A stretch of 64,000 nucleotides of DNA from Rhina ancylostomus (taxonomy: Eukaryota), in NCBI GenBank assembly GCA_030265395.1, contig JARFYF010000052.1, positions 109,327,433-109,391,432 of the forward strand. The letters are read 5' to 3'. The position numbers and the translations under genes were made by a program. The notes beneath the pieces were generated by a model that was not told the DNA's origin, made no database searches, and worked only from the letters and a program-made list of their open reading frames with translations. Within the stretch, counting starts at the first letter, position 1. The number at the start of each line of letters is the position of its first letter. Shown here piece by piece: positions 49,333 through 62,944 of the stretch.

Positions 49333-52300
49333 TTGAGTGCCTGAAGCCAGGAACTGTGCCTCAGCTGAAAACACCAGGAAGATGAGAGGAGGGATGGGAG
49401 ATTTGTTTTTCTGATATCAGCCAATAATTTTGGCAGACACCCGAGAAAGTTGGAGTTTCCACAGAAGTTACAGTAGAGAACTGAGGAGTTTCCAGAAGTT
49501 CATGATTCATATGAATTTGCCCTGTGAGGTGGCCCAATGGCTCTGTACACTTAAGTATCAGAAAGTTTCAAATGGCAGTTGCACATGCAGTCTCTAGCAG
49601 AGGTCTCCATTTAACAACAACAATGGATTTCATTCCAGGCAAAAGTAATACACACCTGAGCAAGGAGGGACAAGAGATGGGTTGTTAGGAGGATGGAGAG
49701 CGGGAGTGAGGGTGTGGTACTTTGCTATGAAGTATGATAGGAGAGAGCTGTAATAAATTAGGAAACCTCCTGATGTGAATAAACAGAACATTGACATTTG
49801 GACGAGTGGCAGGAAGTTGCCACTATCTCAGAATTCATCACTACCATCAGAAGAGGAGAAAACACATTTGTAATAACAAATTAAGTACTTTAGATTTGTC
49901 CATTTGATTCCCCTAATCTATAAATTAGTCCCACATCTTGCTTGGTGCATAGACAGTCAAAAACATCTTTTTCTATACTATCTTCTGCTACAGAAGAAAG
50001 AGTAAGGAATCACAGTATCAGATTTCCCTTCTTCAAAGTAGGAACTTTGCAAAGGGATGAGCTTAACAGTCAGTGACTAACCCGTGATCTTGCAAAGTGA
50101 CCCAATAAAAACATAGGGAAGCCACGGCTTCTTGAACTATCAGCACTTAGTGGTTAATGCAGCATTTTAGAGTCAATGGCAGGTGTTGGTGTGAACAATT
50201 TGAAATAAGCACAGCTCTTCTGCATAAGGATGATTCAGCAGTAGGGATAGAGAAGGGTGACTGCTTTCATTTTCCGACAGTGCTGGAGTATAAGCATGCT
50301 CTGAACTTCAGTAACTGGAGATTGCTTAGACATAGATTTGTTTGGAGTTCTAACCAACATTTATTTATTTATGGAAANNNNNNNNNNNNNNNNNNNNNNN
50401 NNNNNNNNNNNNNNNNNNNNNNNNNNNNNNNNNNNNNNNNNNNNNNNNNNNNNNNNNNNNNNNNNNNNNNNNNNNNNNNNNNNNNNNNNNNNNNNNNNNN
50501 NNNNNNNNNNNNNNCCTAACAGGGGGATCATTCACTAAATCTCACCGGGTCCATACTTGCATGGCCTGTCGCCTTGTGCCTCTCGGCTCTTTTCTAAACT
50601 TTCTCAGCTCACAAGGCAGAACTTTTCATGGTGTGGATTAAGGCTGATGGTGTCGTATATGGGAGAGCACATACTTTTCTTTTCTGTTGCTCATGCTGGA
50701 TTAAGTTCACCTCAGACTCACTCAAGTCTCAAAAATTTCTGGACTGCTGAATATTTGACAGGAACTTCAGAAAAATCTACCACATAATAAATCTCACATG
50801 AAGTCTTGATTTGAAAGGCCAAAATATATCCACAACTGCGCGTGGACAAGAATTGGTTTTAAAATAAACACTGGTATTAATAATTCTCCAGAAATAATGG
50901 AAGAAACCAAGAACTTCCAAAAAAGGAAGACAACCTGAAACTATTTTAAGTAGGCAGAGTGGTCTTTGAGTGCCATCTGGTGTTAGCAAGGCTGAATTGG
51001 AAGAGTTGCTACGTCAAAAGCTTTGCTAAAAATTCTTTGCTTTCCACTAAATCTGTATCCCTTTTTTTCCAGAAATGTTTCATTTAGCCTGATTATTACA
51101 GTGCTTTTGCATTCTGTATTATGTTCATGTGAATGCTTGGTTCTCCAGGATAAGCTAATGTGGTCTAAGTGTTTTTATTAATTGCAGAGATGTCTGTATT
51201 AGCTAGTAAAGGCGATACTATTCTATCCACCTTTATTAAAGCACAGTTCTTGGGAGCCAAGTATTTTGCATGTTATAATAAGGTATGAGCTGCAATGATT
51301 GTTCTGTTATACAGCCCTACAGCAGAGATTTGGAGAAGGGCTATTTCACCTCATTTCACTTTAAATGTTTTAAATAATGTACAATAGCCTGCAAATGTAA
51401 ATAAACCTGTAAAACATCTATGCAAATAATTGGCATGTCAGAATTACAAAATATAGGAGCTGTCTGTGCTTAGACAAACTCCCAATACAAGATATCATCT
51501 ACAATGGAACAGCATTATTTTATATTTTGAGTTAAGTGTCCAAATTGGAATCTGTACCCAGCAGGTTGTAAAAATTTAAAACATTCATAGTGGGATCAGC
51601 AAAGTGATTGAGAAATGCTTTTGCAGCCACATTTGTAATGTGTTTTCTTTTAGCTATATAAATATGGATGTGTCTGAAATGTGACTAGTTGCTATCTTTG
51701 TGCTTCTTCCCTTGTCTCTCTGACCCACACCTGCATTGCTCCTCTCTGACTGGTCCAAAGTGATGGCATGAACTAACCGCGTCAGCACTGCTCACATTTT
51801 TGCCGCACTCACACTGCTTCTTCCTCTTAAAAACAATTTCAAAATTGGAGCAGAGGAGAAAAAGAATTGTCTTGAATTACTCCTACTTGCTCTGCATGAT
51901 TCTTAATCCAGCCAAATATTTAACACATACCTGGTGAATGTTTTGACAAAGTAGATGAACTCTGTTCTATATTTCTGTTTTTGGAGATATTGCTAATGAA
52001 CAACATTGTGCAAGGAGGTGTGCATTATTTAGGAATCCAACCAATCTTGGTGTCAGAACTGGGTGATAGAGAGTGTAGAATAACAGTCCATATTAATGCA
52101 GTCCATATTAAGATGTGCATCAGCATGCTTTTAACCCTTTAGTTCTTCAGGATTCAATCAGAGTTTTCTAGGACAGAAAAGATCATTGCAACCAGCTCAA
52201 AATAATGAGTTAGGGTCTTTAAATGTGCACATTCAAGGAGTATCTGACAATCCCTTATCAAATCATGTTCCAAATCTATGTTCCATGTGACATCATTGTG

Positions 52301-54949
52301 ATGAAAGTGGTGCATTGTTCTAAAATTCATAATCTAACTAAAGAAGAAAGCTTGTTCAATATGAAAAATATACCTTTTGGCACAATATTAGCATAACTGA
52401 AATGAAAAACTGTAATCTAACATGCAGTTATAATGGATGTTGAATTGTTATAGTAAGGTTACAAAGATAGAATGATCTCTAGCTGCACTTTCAATATATG
52501 ATCATGGACTGGCAATTCATCTTTTGGTGCCCTGGGCAAAAATAATTCCACATACAGCAATTCATAAAATGACCATGAAAAATAATCACTTTATTTTGGC
52601 TGTGCGAGAGTCATAGGATCTTAGATTGAACTTTTAGGCTTAAGGAAGACATTGACATTTGCAGAGCACTGGAATTACCCTCACTGAGTCCTTCCTTCCT
52701 TTATCTATTACAAACGCTACGACTGAGTCATCTAGGCAGAGTTTTGGATGGAACCACCTGGCATTATTCATGCTAGGAATAATGTAAAAGATATTTTTAG
52801 GAATGCCTAGAAATTGGATTTCACCCTTTTTGGTGTGCTAAATGTGCCGCATAAAGCACTAACACCCTGCAAAAAAAAATCACAGAATTGGCCAAAAGTA
52901 TGTCAAAAATATTGCTGTGGTGGTTTACATGCAGAATCCCGTGCAGTTTCCAATATGAGCTGCATGAAAATTTCCCAAATCTCACATCTTTCTCTTGCTG
53001 ATTACTGGAAAGGGTGTCACTCAGACCTTAAGAGAACCCTTCCCATGGTAGCCACTGCACAACGGTATTAGAAGCTGCTATAAAGTTCAAGCAAACATGA
53101 ACATAGGGGTGGGGTGGGGAAACACAACAATTCCCTGCATGTGTAAGCACCATCACCCCACGCTATCAACTGCTGTGATTGAGTCTTATGCTGTGCGTTG
53201 CCCCAAGCCATTGCAAGCTGTGGACTGATCAATGAGATAGAGATCACTGTTTGTATCCCTGATGTACACAGTATATAAAGACTGCAATCACAGATGGAGC
53301 AACCTGTGATGAGGTTTCAAATATCCTGAGCATTGAAAACTGAGACTGGCAGGTGTTCTTTGCATGCTGTCAGTGTCAGAATAAGGGCCCCTTCACTGAG
53401 GTTTCATTTGCAATGACAGCACAATGTACTCTTGAGTATGAGAGTTCAGTAAGAGTTGTATGTAGCATCCAAAAACTGCAGTTTTTGTTGTGAGTGTCAC
53501 TGGAAAAATGTCAGATAAACTCAGGGGAATTATGTAAGAAATGCCATGTCCACTTTTCTGAGAGGTGCAATTTCAATTGGAAATTATCAGTACAGTGATC
53601 TCACCAGGGTTAAATTGCATTCTTACACAATTTGAGCATGAGAAACAGGTGACAATGGATCCAATTTCTAGTCTTGTGTTTTTCCCAATGGTTATTGTGT
53701 TCATACAATGGCTTTTCTATTGAAAGACCCATGTGTTCATCAAACTAATCAGCTTTCTTTGTCTTTTTGGCTTAAAATATTTAAACCTTATACTTTGTCA
53801 TGGTACATTTTCTGTATTATGCCAGTGTTTAAGCACACATTTGAACACAGAAACCTTCCAGTCAACCCAGTGACCATAAAAAACCTGACATTGTCTGTCC
53901 TCTAACCCTTTGGTTTGTGCCAATTTATTGTCGAGTCAGTTTCAAATAGTATAATACTTCCTTATAATAAAAACAGTTGAGGTATCAAAATCATTTAAAT
54001 TTATGAAGCAGGTGTTTCTCATGATGAGGGAAGAGACATCAGAGTATTGCAAAGACCTGAAGTATATCTGATTATTGTATTGCACAGTTGGCTTTGGGCC
54101 TGTGTATTGATCCAGGACATTTTCAGTTATTTATGCCTTCTTGCACTTACAAGGTTCTCAATGTAATGTCATATATATTAAAAAAAGTGGTGTGAAATCT
54201 CATAGCATCTATACAGTTGGACAGATTGTATCACATCCCTGGGAACCAGTCTCTAAGAAACCATGTAAATTATTGGCACCAAAGTATAGACCTCCTATAA
54301 TAATTCTGGGATACCAAAGCATTTCATCAGTGTTTCAGGAGGAAGTTACTTCATTCTCTGTTAAAGAATATAGAATTTCAGAACAATTACATTATAAACG
54401 TTACTAAAAACAATGGAGAGTCCATGTGGTACTGGCAGTGCCAGAGGGACATCACATCATTTATGCTCCCAAAAGTATATTTCCCCTTCACTACTTTTTT
54501 CGGACTTCTTAAGTGCTCTGAGATTTTTTTATCATGTAAAAAGCTGATAGAAATGTAAGTTTTATAAATGGATTGGTATTCTGATGCTTCTCCTGTAAAC
54601 CACAATTAGAAAGACAGAACTTATTTTTGATTGAGTATGTTGGTGAGTAAGTAATTCCCACTAATATTGTAAAATTACAATGAACACCCTCACTTATTAG
54701 GTAATGTGTGAGTTACTCTGCATACCTTCCTTGAGTTTGTTGGACAAATATACACAATTCTGCAGAGCTTTAGTTATTTAAACCTCCATTCAAATCCCAA
54801 ACAAGTCCCTGTCATTCTCAGATTACAACTGATGTAAATGACGTGTGGAATGTATGAGACCAAAAAAGTGTCGTCTTTTTACTTACAAATTAAATTTTAG
54901 TCTGCATTCCATCGGTCCCAATTGTCTTATCTCCAGGCAGATGAGAATT

Positions 54950-55232
54950 AAGCTTTATCATTCAAATAACATGTTAACCCAAGGGGACATCAGTTCTGTC
55001 AGGTGACTGAACAAAGTGTACTTTGGCATCATTTGAAGAACAAGGGAGTTCACAATGGTGTTTTGGAAAACATTTATTTTTCACCCAATATCATTAGACA
55101 AGATTATCTGGTCATTATCGCATTGCTGATTATGAAAACTTGGTCCGTGCAATCTAGCATTTGCAATGATACATCATTTCAAAAGTACTTAACCTGGTAC
55201 ATCCTGATATTATGAAGTGCTGTATAATTCTT
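54950..55232 (+). mobile_element. DeuSINE-like SINE core and tail
   Basis: tttgaagaacaagggagtt...aacatttat...ccaatatca...agattatctggtcattatcgcattgctg...ttcaaaagtact. Confidence 0.55.
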
Positions 55233-56805
55233 TTCTTCCATCTTGTGGTGTGATGTAGGTAGATAATTTATTGCAAACATTGTGTTTTCTATATTCTTGT
55301 AAATAGTTTATGGAGAGACTTACAAAGTGCTGCCTTATATTCAATGACAACACTACTTTTGACAGACTATTATTTGTTTTTTGCCATGACTCTACTACAG
55401 TCAAATTTTTCCTCAATGTCTTTATAAGTACAGCATTTGATGTGTAATTCCATCCTAACCAGCCCTTCATGCCCATTCCATAAATTGCATTTCACTTAGA
55501 ATAACTGGTCTGATTTCCATATTCCGGCAAAGTCTTGCATTTCCAACACACCTGATTTTTCAAAGCTTCTTTAGTTTCCCGTGCCCCAACATGCCGACTT
55601 AAAATTATCATTACCAAATCATTTTATAACAATAACCCACCAAACCCCTTTTTTTCTGGGCACATGTCATTGCACAGAAAAACACTCTTTTAATGTCAAC
55701 TTACTCATTGTTCTGCATCCCACCGTTGTTGATCTGCTGCTATCACGGCACAACAACCCACTGGAGCTCCCTTCTAACTGTGATTAGGCCCTCTAGCATC
55801 TCCCTACATGCTTACAAAAGTTTCCTGAAAACTTTTATCTCATCCCTTAATAACCTTTCCATTCAGATCTATATCAATTTTCTGTACACAAAAAAAAACA
55901 ATTGAATTGCAGGTTGTGTTATCATTATTGAGGATGTTACATCCCTGTGGCAAATGTACCCTCAATACTGATATCTCTTGTAACTGATGAGAATTGAAAG
56001 TAATGGTTTGAGAGTATCCCTGTGGTGCTGACAATGCAGGAAGGGACATCATATGATTGATCCCAAAACTATCATTTCCATTCATGGCTATTTTCACACC
56101 TNNNNNNNNNNGTTAACTGCGCTGAGATATTGTCTACCATTTTAAAGAGCTAATAGAAATGTAAATTGTAAGTGGATTTGTATTCCTGCAATTCTCCTCC
56201 CTTACCTCAAGATTAGATAGGTGGAATTTATTCGTGATTGGTGCAAATTGGTGAGTAATCTATTTTTCTTCCTTTTGCTTTTATTTCCTTACATTTCAAT
56301 AGTGATGTGTGTATTATAGCCAGAGTTCTATTATGCAGTACTATTAGTTTACCATATAATTTCCACACACAAAGCAGCATTAGTGCTTTGTGCATCCATG
56401 GAGTGACAATACTGCAGTGTAAGCTTGCCCAGAAATCTTAGTGATGTTGAAGTATGGCTANNNNNNNNNNNNNNNNNNNNNNNNNNNNNNNNNNNNNNNN
56501 NNNNNNNNNNNNNNNNNNNNNNNNNNNNNNNNNNNNNNNNNNNNNNNNNNNNNNNNNNNNNNNNNNNNNNNNNNNNNNNNNNNNNNNNNNNNNNNNNNNN
56601 NNNNNNNNNNNNNNNNNNNNNNNNNNNNNNNNNNNNNNNNNNNNNNAGAGCTAAACAGGCTCACGAAGAAGGTTTTTCTTTGATACTCTCTTTTTCTTTA
56701 TTTTGTATGTTTTAATGTGATCCAACAATTCAATTTTTTAAGAACATCAATCCATTCTATATTTTTATACATTTGCTCATTCTTTCTTCCCTTTTTATTT
56801 TCCAG

Positions 56806-56985
56806 TACACAGCTCTCGATAAAGAAAGTCAGATATTCAGTGCTAAGCCCCAGCGAGATATTGAAGGAGTTGGTATGGTGCAAACATCTCAACCCTGTCC
56901 GGCTGAAGATCCTTCCGTGTCTGGGTCCATGACCTTTACCCCTTATTCATCTGAGTCAGTTGTGGCCCCTGCACCTCCTGTCTGA
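56806..56985 (+). CDS. dclk2: DCLK2 terminal coding exon (YTALDKESQIFSAKPQRD...VVAPAPPV*)
   Basis: Long pyrimidine tract and ttccAG acceptor at 56804-56805; TALDKE.Q.F motif of the DCLK1/2 last exon; TGA at 56983-56985. Confidence 0.88.
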   Translation, partial: YTALDKESQIFSAKPQRDIEGVGMVQTSQPCPAEDPSVSGSMTFTPYSSESVVAPAPPV

Positions 56986-58365
56986 GCATGCTCTGCAGAC
57001 CTGGTACAGCTACACTCGAGGAGATAAATGTATTGTGCTTTCAGAAGCATGGTTTAAAAAAAACCTCTTTAAAGCAACTAAGATTTAAAGAGAACCACAT
57101 TGAGTTAGTTTTAAACAAACTTGCTTGTAAAGTGTTGGCTTTGTGTCAAAATGCTTTCTGCTACTCTCCTGTAACCTGTGAATCGCATTAGGGAGTCAGG
57201 ATTCCTCAGCCGCAAATGTGGGAGTGAGATTGAGCTCTGATGTGAGAAGCAGTCAGTGAGGTTTGATACGGGTTTAGGTATTGTGATACCGTACCATTTT
57301 GTCTTATCAATACTTTCACCTTTCAAACCCTCATCAAGTAATACTCCAATTTGACTGAGCTTAAACACTCTGCTGTTCAACAAATTAATTTTCTTATGGG
57401 ATAACAGAGAGAATCCTGTAATTGGAAACAGTTATCATCTTCTTGTTGAACTTGGCAGAGTTGCTTTATCTGTACACTGACTCCACTCTCCTGCCATAAC
57501 TTTAGTAGATTCCTTGCAAATCCTCAACAGGAGAACAGCAAACACAGATTTTCTCAGCGTTGATGCCATTTCTCCTGGGGTGTCTCCTGGTTTCCTGCTA
57601 AAATTATGTAGGAGATAATCCCAGCAAATTTCAGGGTCACTCATTAGACAGCCAATTTTAAGAGGCAAATCAGCACATGGCTGTTTTAAATTACTGTTCT
57701 TGGAGATGGAACCTTGTAAATGAGCTTAAAATATGTGGCTGATGATCTCACATTGAAAAGGAAATCCTGGTTTCAAATTAGAACATAATCATTCTGGTTC
57801 ATTTTAGACTAAAGCTTCTAGAAACTGGATTAGCCAAATTGTCTTTTATTGTGAAAGTTTTCCCCAAGTAATGAATGTTAGGATCTGCAGAGCAGTAATC
57901 ATCACACTGAGTCGCAAAACAATGACAAATCTTTCAAATTCTTAAGGAAGGGCATAAAACAGCAGAGGAAATGATCATGTGTAAAATCAAGCTGCTGGTA
58001 GTTGTGGATCCCTAGTTGAATCAGTGTGCACCTTTGTGATGATGGGTCGACCTCAACTCATTGGGGCCCACATTCACCCCATTAAAACAGGTCGCCTCAA
58101 CTCACTGGAGCCAAACATAATCTATTATACCAGATAATTTGATCACATGAGTATGGTAAGGTCCCAGTGCTTGAGGAACCTGCCTCAATTTATTTTAGTG
58201 CAATTCACACAAGAATTCAAGCACAAGTCTCAAGTGTGAATGGGAGGAGGTTGTGAAGGAGGTAGATGAAAGGCAAAAGCCTTCCCCTGCCAAAAAAGGT
58301 ATCTACTGACCTCCCAAGTGTGAGCAGTTCAGCAAACTCATCAATGATGTCCATATGCCAATAAA
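56986..58365 (+). other. Probable DCLK2 3' UTR, end uncertain; first canonical AATAAA I found is at 58360-58365
   Basis: Follows the stop codon; poly(A) signal picked by motif only. Confidence 0.3.
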
Positions 58366-59489
58366 TGCACAATACCCCCACAAGGCTCCTGGATTCACAC
58401 CTGAAATAGTCGTCTAACAACAGTCTCCACATTTACCACAGCTCCAGCAATCACACACATTTCACACACACCTTGCTGCTGTTTCTTTTTTCACACAGCT
58501 GACTTGGAGCAACAATTATAACTCCAGCATCAGGTCAGTTAGCTAATCCAGTGCTCCGAGGAGGAGTGCTTCTTTGTATTGCCACTGTTGAATTTAAACA
58601 AAGTGCAGTGTGCCAATATTTCACCATTTTAGACCAGAATTGCCACAGTCAGATTCTGCTGAACATCTAATATCCCACGTGTGCCACGTGTGTCAGATCT
58701 AGCGCCTTCCATATTTTATGCATTAGGTCAAAACCAGGAGGCTTAACTAATGGTTTGAAAACTACGTATTTATTCTTTATGGGAGCTTTATTCTTGAGAT
58801 TCCTTCAAACTGCTGCACTGTCTTCAGCTGTTCAGCAACAAGAGGCACATCAGAAAGATACATTGCTCTGAGCACATTGACAGAGGTGGCCAGTGGTGTT
58901 TCAGAGATTGTAGAAGGTGATATCTGCCTCAACTTCTCCAATCCCACTTCCTCTTCTTGCAACCTTATAAAACTTAGATAGTTTAAACAAGCCTCCTTTA
59001 CATGTCCTTTCCCCGTGTCATAAGTATACTGCTGTGCCTTTCTCCTTTCAGATACTCTTTCCCTTGATCTTAGAGTCACAACCAGCAGCTCAAAATCTGG
59101 TCCTCCATATCATTTATAGGGCGGCTTAGAGCAGGAATCTCTACATCTCACCAAGCACAAGTGGACTGAAGCCAAGCTGTGAGAGCAGGGGAGTGGAGCT
59201 TTTATGCTGCTTTTCAGAAGTCAAGGCCTCACACCTCCAGAGGACTTGGGTGAGGATTATGATGGGGCACCAAAATGAGGATGGAGGTATGTGGGGCATT
59301 GTCAGGCGTGTCTGAATGGCTACATGAGGTATCTGGGAGCAGGAGCATGAGCAGAAAAGTAATTGTGGCCATTTTTGGAAAGGCATGTTAAGTGCACTAT
59401 ATACATTTGTGCATATGGGCGTCTTAACACCCCTGCTTAGGAGCACAGGGGAATCCAGTTCCACATCGACAATAGCAGACTCAGTCACA

Positions 59490-59805
59490 GTATGGGAAGA
59501 GGCCATTTTTCCCATCAAGTCAATGCTGGCTCTCAGATCAACCCCATCAATCCTTTTCCCCCATTTTTGTCCCTGCAACCTTATGTCTTATGTGGTCCTT
59601 TCACCGACCTATGCTAGGGACTAGTTTACAGTCACCAACTAACCTACCACCCAGCGTGTCTTTGGGATGTGGGAAGAAACTGGAGCACCCAGTGGAAACC
59701 AACACAGTCACAGGAATAATGTACAAACTCCACAGATTCAGGATTGGAGGTTGGGGTCACTGGAGCTGTGAGGCAGTAGAATTGCCAGCTGCACTACTGT
59801 GCCAT
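59490..59805 (-). mobile_element. V-SINE (HE1-like)
   Basis: gtctttgggatgtgggaagaaactggagcaccc..tggaaacc...gtacaaactccacaga...ctgcactactgtgcc. Confidence 0.7.
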
Positions 59806-60554
59806 CCATTTTACCAGGAGCTTTGAGGCTGTGATGGCACTCCAGTGATCAGACCTCCAGCCAATAACTAGGACTGCTGTTGCCTCAGCTCTTGGTAGTG
59901 GCAGCAACCCTGTGGGCTTTGTCAGCATTCATGCTCCCACCACAACACCACCCTTGCTGTGGCCCAGGCTGCCCTCACTCATAATAAGACAACAGAGTCA
60001 AAAATTGGTCCATCTAGCCCCTGAGCTGCTTGTGATTTCCCTCATGGCCATCTTGATCTTCTTCCATTACAAATGAGCAATCTTTTCCTCACCTGGCTAC
60101 AGCTACTTGGGTGAACTGCATTGAAGTGGTAGTCAAGGAAAGACACATGGGAGGCATGCTCTGAGGAATGCCCAAGGTTGATTCGTCAGTGATTACATGA
60201 TTTTGCTCTTTTCATATACGCAGTGGTTTTATCCATTCATTTGGTTGCTTTGTGATTGAGCTCAAATAGACATTCAGATGAATAGTAGCAAGGGAGGGTC
60301 GCATGGGAACAGCTATCTCTTTCATATTCTCATGTGGTGATAGGGTGTAGCTGGATAGCCAGCATGCATTAATCATCCCTAATTGCTATTGACGGTCATG
60401 ATGGTTCAACTTCCCGGCCAGCTGCTTGTGGTGAAGGAACTCCTACAGTGCTAGGCTAGAACATCGTGAAAAATGAACACAAAGATCAGAGATGGATAAC
60501 TGCAAGATAAGGCACTGTGTAATTTGATGTACATCCTCTAATCTGGACTCAAAT

Positions 60555-61050
60555 ACACAAGAACACAAGAAAATAGGAGCCAGGAGTAGGTCACCAAGCC
60601 ANNNNNNNNNNNNNNNNNNNNNNNNNNNNNNNNNNNNNNNNNNNNNNNNNNNNNNNNNNNNNNNNNNNNNNNNNNNNNNNNNNNNNNNNNNNNNNNNNNN
60701 NATAGGAGCCAGGAGTAGGTCACCAAGCCCCTCAAGCCTGTCCCACTGTTCAATATGATCATGGCTGATCCATGATGGCCTCAATTCCTTATCTGTGCCT
60801 GTCCCCATAACCCTCAATTCCTCAATCTTTCAAGTATTTATCTGTCTCCACCTTAAATATATCTAGTGCTCTGGCTTCCACCACTCTCAGAGGCAGAGAG
60901 AATTCCAAAGTTTCACTTCCCCCGAGAGAAGAAATTTCTACGCACCTTAGTTTTAAATGACCGGTCCCTTATTTTGTAGCCATATCCCCTTGTTTGAAAC
61001 TCTCCCACTAGTGTCAACATCTACCCTGTCAACCCTCCATGAGATCTTGA
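60555..61050 (-). mobile_element. CR1 3' end nested in an older LINE
   Basis: acacaagaacacaagaaaataggagc tail; ttcaatatgatcatggctgatc; flanks at ~60340-60460 and ~61050-61520 look like one interrupted older LINE. Confidence 0.7.
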
Positions 61051-62944
61051 AATGATAGTTGCCTTTTTACCTTCTAGATGGTGAAGGCCATGGTTTTTCT
61101 CTGTACTGCTGAGGAAGCTTTGCCCAGTTGTTGGCTTCCACCTTGTAGGTGATGAACAGTACAGGCATTGCACTAATGGCGGACTGCAGCGTATGTTCAG
61201 GGCAGTTCACGAGGGTGGTAGAACAGCACATTGATTTGTGCTAAATGGGTTAAAGCTTCTGTGGAGCTGCATTCACAGAGGCAAAAGAGAGCGCCCTTCT
61301 CAGCCTTGACATATACCTTATAGTGAATGGAGAGTTTACACCAGTCAGGAGTTGAGTTCCTCATTGCGGCATGCACAACCACTGACATTTTTGCAGCCAT
61401 ATTAATTGGCTGGGCCAGGACAGTTTTATCAATCCACATGATCACCAGCATTTGGTGTTGGACAAGTGGGCAATGGAAATGGCATTGCATCCAGGAAATG
61501 ATTACTTGCACTGGTTGAACTGGTCCTTGTCTGGCATGATCCTCGCGGTGCCAGTTGTTGGAGAGGTCTCCCTCTCTCTAGGATTCGCTGCCTCTTCTAT
61601 GTAAGGGGACTTTGAACAGCAAGGCAATTAGCTCCACCCTGGCAGCACCTCCAGAGAGGGCTTCATGCCATTGCTACCTGTCTTGCCATTCTTTTGCCCA
61701 GCTTCCTGTGCTCCTCTCCATCTCTTCCTTCTCTCTGGCTGCAGCTGCAAGGGTCATGCCTACATTTTGTCAAGGTTGACATTTACTACAAAGCAGGGGG
61801 AGCTGTGCAGAGATCACTAGTCCAGGTAACAAAATCTCTCCTTGAAGACCACAGGGATTGTCCCCGGTGACCTAATCTGAGCAGTGATGGCAGTGCAAGC
61901 CCGACAATTCAATTCAACACCTTTAGTCAGGAGAGAAGGAAAATCTGCTGTGGTTCTTGCTCCTTGTTGCCCAACAGTCATCTCAGTTCCAAGTGTGCAT
62001 GTAGACTTGGTGAAGGAGGACACAGTGAGCTGAAATGTCATTCAATAACACATCGACACTCACACTTCGTGCTCACGTATGAATGATCAACGCATTGCCT
62101 ACAATTCATATCCTAGCCTGACCCATTGCCTTGTGAAGAACAGCAGAATAGCTTACATAAATACAAGGTACTTTAACCCAGATTGTTGACTGCTGTGCTT
62201 GGAGATAGCAGATTCAATTAAGATTATTTGTTAGAATTTTCCCAGGCCTTCTTCTCTTACTCTGCTGTGTAATGTTAAAGGAAACTTTTTATTTAGGAAA
62301 ACAGGAATTACATCAATGGATTGGGTGAGATCCCTTGGAGTTTCTTTGAGATTAACATGCAATAAACTTGGACTGTATTGTCCACAGTTAAAATTAACCT
62401 GTATGAACTAAAAATGTATTATGCTGCATAAGGTTTCTGTATGGCTCATAGTGATTTTTTTTAAAGACTGTGTGCTAGCAGCATATACTGGGCTTTCAAT
62501 CCAGATCCTCTGTTCAAATGACAGCATGTGCACAGAGACTGCTGAGCACATACATTAATGTCAGAAAAGTGTGCAGCGCACATTTTGAATCACTTGCATA
62601 TGTGGCCCTTGAATAGTGTGGGCCTCACAAGAACAGTTGGGGACTGTTTTTTGTTGGTCAAAGTGCCACCCTGCCAGGAGTGCATGCTGTCAGTCATCTT
62701 TCAGTTGGCTTCTTTAACAGGTCATGTGCACCCTTTGCTCCCCCATACCCTATCGCTTTCCTGAGGCCATCCCAATGCTTTTTCTGACCACCCAATCGGA
62801 ATCCCTCCTCAGCCCACCCATTCATGCTCATCCTTGGCTATCACCTTCTTCACCTCGCCAGCAATCCCTCCAACTCCAACTGTACTCCCTGATTACTTCA
62901 CAACCCCACCCTCAGATTCCCTTCCCAAGCAGATTTCCTTTCCA

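Noticed and set aside
57250-57335. Possible hairpin or miRNA precursor in the 3' UTR
   Set aside because: Pairings are short, imperfect and mutually exclusive
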